Part shown: positions 57,901 to 64,000 of the stretch, one piece after another
Position numbering within the stretch: the stretch's first letter is position 1
How the letters are laid out: each line of letters opens with the position of its first letter
Origin: Candidatus Obscuribacteraceae bacterium
GTDB lineage: Bacteria; Cyanobacteriota; Vampirovibrionia; Obscuribacterales; Obscuribacteraceae
Assembly: GCA_044229845.1 (NCBI GenBank)
Contig: JBGASG010000001.1
Span: 864,001-928,000, forward strand
DNA: 64,000 nucleotides
Reading direction: 5' to 3'
Notes under the pieces: generated by a model
What the model saw: the letters and a program-made list of their open reading frames with translations, nothing else
Database searches by the model: none
What the model was told of the DNA's origin: nothing
Position numbers and translations under genes: made by a program

Positions 57901-58602
57901 GATTTCTCCACTGATGGTATTCGTGCCATCGAGCTGTTGAACAGACGAGCGGGGACTCACGTGTTGCTTGGATGCGCCGCCGATGCGGTGAGTTATGAAT
58001 CGAGTCAGTATTCGCAGGGATTGCTTACTTATGCCCTGCTGGAAGGGATGCGCACCACGAAGGGGCTGCATAAGGATTCGGAAGGTTATGAGCAAGATGT
58101 TCTGACGTTGTTTAACTACGCGCGCAATCGCGTGCCCGAGTTAGCTCAATCAATAGGCGGCATCCAGGAACCACGGGTGGTGGCAGACCCGGAAGGCAGC
58201 TTCGCCATCGGGTTGTTGAAGCCGGAGGACACGGGCAAGATACCTCTGGCTAAAGCGAAACATCGATTAACACCACCGCGCCTTGTGGACGCCGATCAGG
58301 TCGATGATACGCTCGACTTAAGTAATCGACTGGGCATTAAGTTGAGTGACCTCGCTACTCCGACGAAGAGCAGATCGACGGAGCCGTATGTCTACATCAC
58401 CGACGCGGATCTTGCCGACGCAATCAGGGTGTTCGGTAAATATAAGGTTTCTGGAAATAAGGTGACCGTTACGGTCAACATGCTTCGCAATCACGAGCAG
58501 TTAGAGAAGTTCTCGGTCGAGGGAACCAAGGACGATCTGCCCAAACTGGTCGGAGCGCTTTCCGACAAGATACGCGCCACACTGCGCAAGGTCGCTACGT
58601 GA
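54904..58602 (+). CDS. WD40-repeat caspase-family (C14) lipoprotein
   Basis: Lipobox LGGC; many FSPDG/WD repeats; W....P.G.FD; YMAGHG (His), FDTC (Cys), QG..TYALL.G, Q.P. Confidence 0.9.
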   Translation: MLNRVSALRILVAIVIAVSLGGCSSLVEKVKSLSPFGKSKVQRNDLRLIIDRGHDGDIMAIKFNPSGKLLASGSDDRTVKIWDVPNQCELRTIETGFKVIAIAFSHDGTLIAAGSYENKEKNHCPIQVWNALTGEKVMEFFTDDTGVNDLAFTPDDKSLAVTCTRGKDKQKDGAAVRFWNIKTGKCTETFYGPEEHSCNSLCFSPDGENLVGTTSGGLITVWNVSDQKKLKSFDCDFEDATRAVVTYSPDGKTLGLLNATKVVLINIEDGTKKSVTLPGKVDQPSIAFSPNGKAVIATTKDMIYMLSTDDLHEILRKDRETKAVAFAPNGRCFATSRADHISVYDSGDAERWYSLGLDGPPMSMADFSFSPDGKSIVTCEANAKLWDLTGKRNVRMFDYQEAAISPDGSLIAVGGYVFMHGYTNTVEIRNTQTGGILRTIKTAGPVQQLCFSSDGKHIFSIDEEERNRKGDYGASMVQSFDVATGKETLRVAYKDKEYDTPWEMDSKTDTAACPRKAGIDIIDMRTGKTKSSVKSTGDINMDLSEGAKFLSVVQVHDLCVHDLEHGNRVIMKLTEPKDYIRTVGSLAISPDGKTLVTSSRSENATRVWSVPDGKLLDTLDGTAGIVRFSPDGSLLGSAENRMLVLRKTDDWTELAKIVPLAHSEWVVLDPEGRFDSSKRGRMVIHFAKGTAFLSLDQLWSQYYQPNLLSRLVGFNSEPLRAAPAMTDIGLAPEVELEPPAKGSGVLNIKIKKRDGGLGKVVVRVNGKELPAQAQPRALDLGGTDVKVRADLMQAASAEYGKTNKVSVVVYNADGTMTSRDCQVSWAAPETEAEPAHAKPELYAIICGTSKYKNSRLNLTFPAKDATDFSKSLEIGAPSLFGTEKVHIILLTTDSESDETPTKAHLEAAFAAAKKSRPDDVFVVYMAGHGVTVKEPADTYYYLLTDAESADLSNKKLRDASTVSSEELADWITRIPAKHQVMIFDTCGAGGLIKKLAQRRDFSTDGIRAIELLNRRAGTHVLLGCAADAVSYESSQYSQGLLTYALLEGMRTTKGLHKDSEGYEQDVLTLFNYARNRVPELAQSIGGIQEPRVVADPEGSFAIGLLKPEDTGKIPLAKAKHRLTPPRLVDADQVDDTLDLSNRLGIKLSDLATPTKSRSTEPYVYITDADLADAIRVFGKYKVSGNKVTVTVNMLRNHEQLEKFSVEGTKDDLPKLVGALSDKIRATLRKVAT

Positions 58603-58678
58603 GGATGATGTTGGTGTTGGTGACTACGGTTTGCGTGTCCCTCGACTTGTTCGCAAGGCATACTAAACAAGGGAACAA

Positions 58679-59008
58679 ATGCCCAAACAAAAGGACTTTG
58701 CTCATTGGCTGTTCGAACAGAATGTTCTCCCATGGCTGACGGCATTCAGTTGGATTATTGGTTTCGAACTTACCGACGCCGATAAGAAGTCAGTGGAGGC
58801 GAAGGTTGATACCAGCGACTTTGACAGCGAAAGCTGGTGCCACTTCGAATTTACAGGCAGGCATAGCGTCAAAGTGAGATTTGCTAAGGGACCTCGACCT
58901 GGCATTGTGCATGTTCGAGGTGAGGTTCCAAAACACCTGCATGAGCAAGTAGAAGTTGCGCTGATTATATTTGGTCACTTTCGTCTCGTTGATCCTTCGG
59001 AGCAATAG
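58679..59008 (+). CDS. Hypothetical protein
   Basis: 109-aa ORF with AAGGGA RBS. Confidence 0.6.
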   Translation: MPKQKDFAHWLFEQNVLPWLTAFSWIIGFELTDADKKSVEAKVDTSDFDSESWCHFEFTGRHSVKVRFAKGPRPGIVHVRGEVPKHLHEQVEVALIIFGHFRLVDPSEQ

Positions 59009-59016
59009 CTACTCAC

Positions 59017-59724
59017 TCAGAGGCTGAATCTGAATAAGACGTGCTTATTCTTGTTGCGAGCCGTCTTGCAGGTCACGACAATCTTTTTGAGCAATTCCGC
59101 CACATTTCGCTGTTCCAAATGATACTCGGCGAAGCGGGGCTCGATCTTCATCCAGTCAACTGCGACTTGCGACACCTCACTGTCCTTGACGCCTGCGAGC
59201 GTTTCGACGAATGCATCCGGAAATTTGGTGACAAAGCATTCGGCTCCCATGATGGACGGATACAGAAGTTTGAAATATTTGTAGTAGCTTTTGTCGGTCG
59301 CCTGATGCTTTTCTGCATCTCGCATCAGGCGATCCATTAGACCTGGATGCTTCGCCTCGAAATCCTTGAGTGTTTCTGCGACGGTCTTTCCTGTGGAAAG
59401 CTTTGTATCTGAATTCGCGGGGGTGCCCGATGCAACAGCAATCACCGGGGGACCCTGTTTAGGCAGAGAGTACTCCTGAAGTTTCATGGTCTTGTTTCGT
59501 GTGCGACACACCGATAATAGGGACAATTGCCTGGCTTCATCAAAACCCGATACATCAACCGAGTCTGAAGTGTCAGATTCGCCTTCGCAGATGTCCTTTG
59601 CTGCGCTTTCATCTGCCACATAGAGGTCGTACAGTTGGCTAGCGACTGACGCTGGCCCAGTCATCAGTAGAGCAAGAGCTGTAGAAATGACTACCGGCAC
59701 CAATCTCTCAAATGTACTTGTCAT
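59017..59724 (-). CDS. Secreted hypothetical protein
   Basis: Signal peptide; GAAGGA RBS. Confidence 0.65.
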   Translation of the reverse strand: MTSTFERLVPVVISTALALLMTGPASVASQLYDLYVADESAAKDICEGESDTSDSVDVSGFDEARQLSLLSVCRTRNKTMKLQEYSLPKQGPPVIAVASGTPANSDTKLSTGKTVAETLKDFEAKHPGLMDRLMRDAEKHQATDKSYYKYFKLLYPSIMGAECFVTKFPDAFVETLAGVKDSEVSQVAVDWMKIEPRFAEYHLEQRNVAELLKKIVVTCKTARNKNKHVLFRFSL

Positions 59725-59855
59725 TGAATCCTTCGCGAGGGTCGCATCACTACCGGCGCTGCTAGCCTACACGGAAACTCTAGGAGTCTCAAGCGTGGTT
59801 CTTTGCAGATGGTAGAATCGAAGAGTCCCGGCTTTCGATTGGTCCGTAAACAGCT

Positions 59856-60233
59856 ATGAGTATGTTCGATTGGGTAGTTTGCACGCTTTCTGAATGGCTC
59901 TTGAATCGTGCCCGAGGCACATCTGCCGATGGCAACGCCGAAGCGATCTCCCGGGTCCACAAGTATGAGCACAGACCACGACCAACATGGTCTGTGCGCC
60001 CAGGCGAGGATCTGTGCAAGCTGTCTAGGCAACTCTTCCATAAGGCCGAACTTGGTTGGCTGATTGCGGACATTAATGCAGGTAGCATCAGCGAGATGTT
60101 TGACGGCAGGAAACGTATCATCGAACTATCTGTCGGTCAAAAGATCGAGTTGCCTGTGTGGCAGGACGTAGTCGAGTTCTACAGGCTAAAAAACAACTTC
60201 AGATCGAGCGACGTTATCACCGTGATCAAGTAA
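59856..60233 (+). CDS. LysM-like small protein
   Basis: WSVRPGEDL..LS......W.LIA.IN...L.VGQKI.LP pattern. Confidence 0.55.
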   Translation: MSMFDWVVCTLSEWLLNRARGTSADGNAEAISRVHKYEHRPRPTWSVRPGEDLCKLSRQLFHKAELGWLIADINAGSISEMFDGRKRIIELSVGQKIELPVWQDVVEFYRLKNNFRSSDVITVIK

Positions 60234-60368
60234 GAGTACCTCATCTCGATCTAAGAGGAGAGTGCTTTGGCAATAGTGAGCGCGCTCTGGCTGACCCTAC
60301 ATGTGGTGGCACGCACACGTGGACACCTTTTGCCTAATCGAATCCAGCGGTTTGAGAGTTGTAGAGCA

Positions 60369-60449
60369 TGTATACCAAGGGTTTACAAGACAGCCTATAT
60401 CTAAACCTAGCAGTCTGAAACATGCTAGAATGTCAACCATGGGTATACA
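60369..60449 (+). promoter_or_regulatory. Putative AbiEi operator (19-bp inverted repeat) with extended -10
   Basis: TGTATACCAAGGGTTTACA (60369-60387) matches the reverse complement of 60431-60449 at 16/19; TGCTAGAAT at 60423-60431. Confidence 0.55.
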
Positions 60450-61269
60450 AAGATACGACAAGCTAAACCACCTTCAAAGGGTACTACCGGAAGGCTTGCT
60501 GGTGGATTCCGCCTGGCTACAGGCGCAGGGTTATTCGCGTCAGCTTATAGCCAAGTATGTGCGCCACTGTTGGCTTAGTTCGCCAGTGCGCGGGGTCTAC
60601 CGAAGAGGCAGTGCGGCGACCGATATACATAGATGGGAGCCCGTGGTCATATCTTTGCAGTCCCTGTTGAAACTGTCCCTCACCGTCGGCGGGCGGACGG
60701 CGCTCGAGCTTGACGGTGTCACGCATTATCTCTCAATGCACGACAAAGGTGAGGTTCATCTCTACGCGTCGGAGGCGCTACCGGGCTGGGTTGCCAGGCT
60801 TCCAGTGAAGCATGATTTTGTACTTCACTCGACCAACCTGTTCAAGACCGCTACCGCGCAGATAGAACGAGATAGCCAACTACGCGCTGCGAATTTCGCA
60901 GCGTACAAGTGGGGAGCATCCGAGTGGACGATTCGGGTCTCGACGCCCGAGCGCGCGGTTCTCGAGCTTCTCGATGAATTGCCGATGCGCGAAAGTTTTC
61001 ATCAGGCAGATGTCCTGATGGAAAGTCTGACCAACTTGCGTCCTCAGTACATGAACTCGCTGCTAGTCGATTGTCGGAGCATCAAAACAAAACGCCTATT
61101 CCTTTGGTTAGCCGAGCGACATAATCATCCCTGGTTCAAGAAACTCGAAATCGAAACAATCGACTTGGGAAAAGGCAAGCGCATGATCGTCGCCGGCGGC
61201 AAGCTGGATACGAAATATCTGATCACGGTGCCGGAAGAGTTTGCAAATGATAGAGAGCGCGCCATATAG
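60439..61269 (+). CDS. abiEi: Type IV TA antitoxin, AbiEi family
   Basis: KLN.L...LPEGLLVDSAWL, RGVY, VGG.TALE, STPERAVLELL, C.SIK.KRLFL, DLG.GKR, ITVP. Confidence 0.9.
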   Translation: MGIQRYDKLNHLQRVLPEGLLVDSAWLQAQGYSRQLIAKYVRHCWLSSPVRGVYRRGSAATDIHRWEPVVISLQSLLKLSLTVGGRTALELDGVTHYLSMHDKGEVHLYASEALPGWVARLPVKHDFVLHSTNLFKTATAQIERDSQLRAANFAAYKWGASEWTIRVSTPERAVLELLDELPMRESFHQADVLMESLTNLRPQYMNSLLVDCRSIKTKRLFLWLAERHNHPWFKKLEIETIDLGKGKRMIVAGGKLDTKYLITVPEEFANDRERAI

Positions 61270-61366
61270 ACGACAAGTCAGCTTGTTGGTTCGTGTCTTG
61301 CCCATCGTCGGGGAAGAAAAATGCTTTGCACTGAAGGGTGGAACTGCATTTGAAGAAAGCTCTTGA
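61247..61366 (+). pseudogene. abiEii: Truncated AbiEii nucleotidyltransferase toxin (39 aa)
   Basis: MIESAPYRRQVSLLVRVLPIVGEEKCFALKGGTA then FEESS-stop; overlaps the antitoxin 3' end. Confidence 0.8.
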
Positions 61367-62076
61367 GTAACAGCAGCACCATTTGTCAAAATTTGCTGAG
61401 GCGCACCAGATATCACAACCTGGGTGCGGAGCGAGAGGACCTGATCGCGCGTGTTTTGCCAGCACTCGCGCTCGATTTGGATGACCATGCGCGCGTCGAA
61501 CTTGCGCAGCTGTTTCCTGTTGCTGTGAGCGATATCATTCTGGAGATCGGTTTTGGCGGCGGTGAACATCTGGCCGCCGAGGCTCGTCGATTGCCAACCT
61601 CGGGCTTCATTGGATGTGAGACCTATGCGAGCGGACTGGCGCGGTTGCTGAATGAGATCGAGCTTTCCGGACTGAGCAACGTCAGGCTATATGCGGGTGA
61701 TGGACTTGATGTGGTTAGGTGGTTACCCGACGGTTGTCTTTCGCGCGTCGATGTGTTGTTTCCAGACCCCTGGCCAAAGCTAAAGCACCAAAAGCGACGT
61801 CTCCTGCGAGTTCCAAACATTCCCTTGTTTGCTCGAGTTTTACGTCCGCAAAGTGAATTACGATTCGCTTCCGACAACGCGCATTATGCGAGGCAGGTGT
61901 TTGAATCCATTTGCCGGTCGCCGTTTTTCGACGCGATGCTGCCGGCACTATTGGATTGCGTTGAGCCGTGGGAAAACTTTCCTGGCACCCAATATCACAC
62001 CAGAGCAAAGAAGGAAGGTCGCCAATCGTACTTCCTCAGGTTTTGCAGAAACTACAATCCTATCGCTCTGCTGTAA
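61363..62076 (+). CDS. trmB: tRNA (guanine-N7)-methyltransferase TrmB-like (N-terminus uncertain)
   Basis: LEIGFGGGEHL, FIGCE, FPDPWPK.KH.KRRL, FASD...Y, T.Y...A. Confidence 0.8.
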   Translation: MSNSSTICQNLLRRTRYHNLGAEREDLIARVLPALALDLDDHARVELAQLFPVAVSDIILEIGFGGGEHLAAEARRLPTSGFIGCETYASGLARLLNEIELSGLSNVRLYAGDGLDVVRWLPDGCLSRVDVLFPDPWPKLKHQKRRLLRVPNIPLFARVLRPQSELRFASDNAHYARQVFESICRSPFFDAMLPALLDCVEPWENFPGTQYHTRAKKEGRQSYFLRFCRNYNPIALL

Positions 62077-62192
62077 TACGAGCTCCGCGCTTTTTTATGC
62101 GTGATCTGCTGCCAGCAGCCGATCTGTGCATTTTACTTTTGAAATACGGTGTGCACCATTCCTTTGCCGCGGTAGCGAGAGTGCAACTCCCG

Positions 62193-62900
62193 CTACCGGT
62201 CGAATGGTTGTGGCACTAGTGGCCAAGCCCGTCCCTTAGTAGTCGGAAAGAGAGTGATGTCGGTAGGAGGTTCCCGTGCCGCTTTTACATGCGCGATCTC
62301 TACCGCTCCTTTGACCGTTGCTGTGGCAAGCAATCCGAAAGTTGCGTAGTCTGATTGTTCAAAATCAAAGCTAGGGATCGAATACGACCCGTCGGTGGCG
62401 GAGTCCGCAGTCAGTTCCGGCATCAGTGAGTCTTGTTGGGTATTTAGACACCATTCATCTTCGGTGTAGTCGAAAATACTAGTTACCAGCACGCGACACT
62501 TATCCACTGGAACTTTGCTCTGGCTAAAAACCTTGCCGCGCAAGATGCATCCTTTTGAGGATTCCACCAATGTGACCGCAGGAGCGTTCTTTCGTTTGCT
62601 CCAGATCTCGGCTTCAGCTATGTATAATGCTGAGCCAGGAAAGGCGATAACTACGATGGCTTTGCGAATGTCGTTTTCGTCCACATTCACTGTCAATATT
62701 CCGGCGCTATCTGTTTTGCTTTGACACAGAACCTTTCCATGTTCATTACGCACTTCCACGCGGGCGGCTGTTGCAGGCTTGCCGTTCGGAGCCAGAATTT
62801 GTCTGGTGAGGGTGAGAGTTTTGCCGAACGCAGGCGTACAGGTGATTCCGCAACAGGCAATTGTCAAACATGCAACTGCGAACCAAGCAGTCAGTTTCAT
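62193..62900 (-). CDS. Secreted protein with carboxypeptidase-regulatory-like beta domains (possibly C-truncated)
   Basis: Signal peptide; G.P...A.V...TD..G and L.G.V...PV...DG.Y patterns. Confidence 0.55.
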   Translation of the reverse strand: MKLTAWFAVACLTIACCGITCTPAFGKTLTLTRQILAPNGKPATAARVEVRNEHGKVLCQSKTDSAGILTVNVDENDIRKAIVVIAFPGSALYIAEAEIWSKRKNAPAVTLVESSKGCILRGKVFSQSKVPVDKCRVLVTSIFDYTEDEWCLNTQQDSLMPELTADSATDGSYSIPSFDFEQSDYATFGLLATATVKGAVEIAHVKAAREPPTDITLFPTTKGRAWPLVPQPFDR

Positions 62901-62967
62901 GGCGCATCTCCTGGAAAGGCTGATTCAACCGCGCCTAGAATAGCAGGAGTGGCAACACGGGACGATC

Positions 62968-64000
62968 TCAATGATCTTCGGCAGGTTTAGAGTTTTGGCG
63001 ATTGCTCAATGGCTGCGTCTCGAAGACTTTATCGTGCATGACATATAGACCAAAGGTGCTTAGTCCGACTATCAGAACACGTCTATAGTTTAGTGGTTTG
63101 AGGAATCGCAGCAACCGGTCCAGCTCTTCTGCGGAACATGATGTGCCCTTCCAGAATGTAATCAGCAAGAGATTCTTCGTTTGATGCTCCGGTAGGTGGT
63201 CATACAACTGCCCGTAGGAAATCTCCGGAGAATCAGGAGCGCCGCCAAGTCGCAGCATGCCTGGTTGCGCGCACCATAACCGCGTGTCAGCCTTGCTCAT
63301 CGTCCGAAAGATCGCTTCAAACAAATCGGAGTCTTCGTTTCCTCCCCGACCGTAATAGTCCGACTTAAATGCCATGTTCTCAGGAATCGAAATGGGGGGA
63401 TCGAGTTGTTCGATCCGTGCAAGAGCAACGCGATATGCACCCAAGATGGCGTCAGTTTCAACAACGGGACAATTTCTCAGCCGACCGCGAAGAATGTCCC
63501 GCGTGGGAAACATGTCGACCTGGTAAGAGATCATTAGTGCCTTGACAGCGTTTTCTTGCTCACCAGATTTCGCGTAAATTTGGGCTAGTGCCACCCAACC
63601 GCGATGGCACTTAGGATCGAGTGCAATCGATTGAATAGAATGCCTTTTTGGCGACAATGTCATCGGTCAAGATTTCCATGTCTGTGAGCTGGGTGACTGC
63701 ATAAAATGATCCGGGATTCCTTGCGGACTCCTTTAGCAGTGCCTTTGCTTCCGCTCGGTAGTAGTCCTGCGGAGAGGCATAGTCCGAGGGATTTAGGACC
63801 TCTCTGTGGCTTCTTTTCTCGACCGGCTTAGGGCGTTTTGACAGATCGTCTACGACCGAGCGCACAAGGACTCTATCGGGTGTGCCTTCCGATTTGATCA
63901 ATCGCTCGATCAGACAGGTGGCATCGTCCGACTCAGCAGCGATCGCCGCCATCGAACAAACACACAACTCCAACATCAAGAGGAGCAGGACAGCACCACA
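62968..64000 (-). pseudogene. Frameshifted secreted TPR protein (start outside the window)
   Basis: ORFs 63611-63979 and 62968-63663 join into DDIVAKKAF-IQSIALDPKCHRGWVALAQIY if one base near 63637 is removed. Confidence 0.55.

Overview
Gene-dense bacterial window with many signal-peptide proteins. Gene style suggests a non-photosynthetic cyanobacterial relative (Vampirovibrionia/Obscuribacterales); this is inference only. I saw no rRNA, tRNA, CRISPR array or transposase. Main blocks: (1) 1-3.3 kb, a sugar operon (class I aldolase, D-lyxose-type isomerase, HAD phosphatase, MFS). (2) 6-10 kb, an EF-hand calpain translationally coupled to an 833-aa protein with a hydrophobic Gly/Ala-rich C-terminal region, with an 11-bp-period repeat upstream. 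(3) 12-29 kb, mixed hydrolases, transporters and repair genes. (4) 30-36 kb, a sulfur-oxidation/respiration operon: persulfide dioxygenase-rhodanese, SorA, SorB and a single-chain CcoN-CcoO-dihaem cbb3-type oxidase. (5) 40.6-58.6 kb, five apparently exported caspase-fold proteases (3 C14, 2 CHAT-TPR) sharing Arg-Asp loop motifs. Nested among them is a DUF692/MNIO RiPP operon with an unfamiliar CxxxCxCH precursor and a PHM-like copper monooxygenase candidate. (6) 60-62 kb, an AbiEi antitoxin, a truncated AbiEii toxin remnant and trmB. Two intergenic structured-RNA or MITE candidates were also found. All assignments come from motifs read by eye, not database searches.
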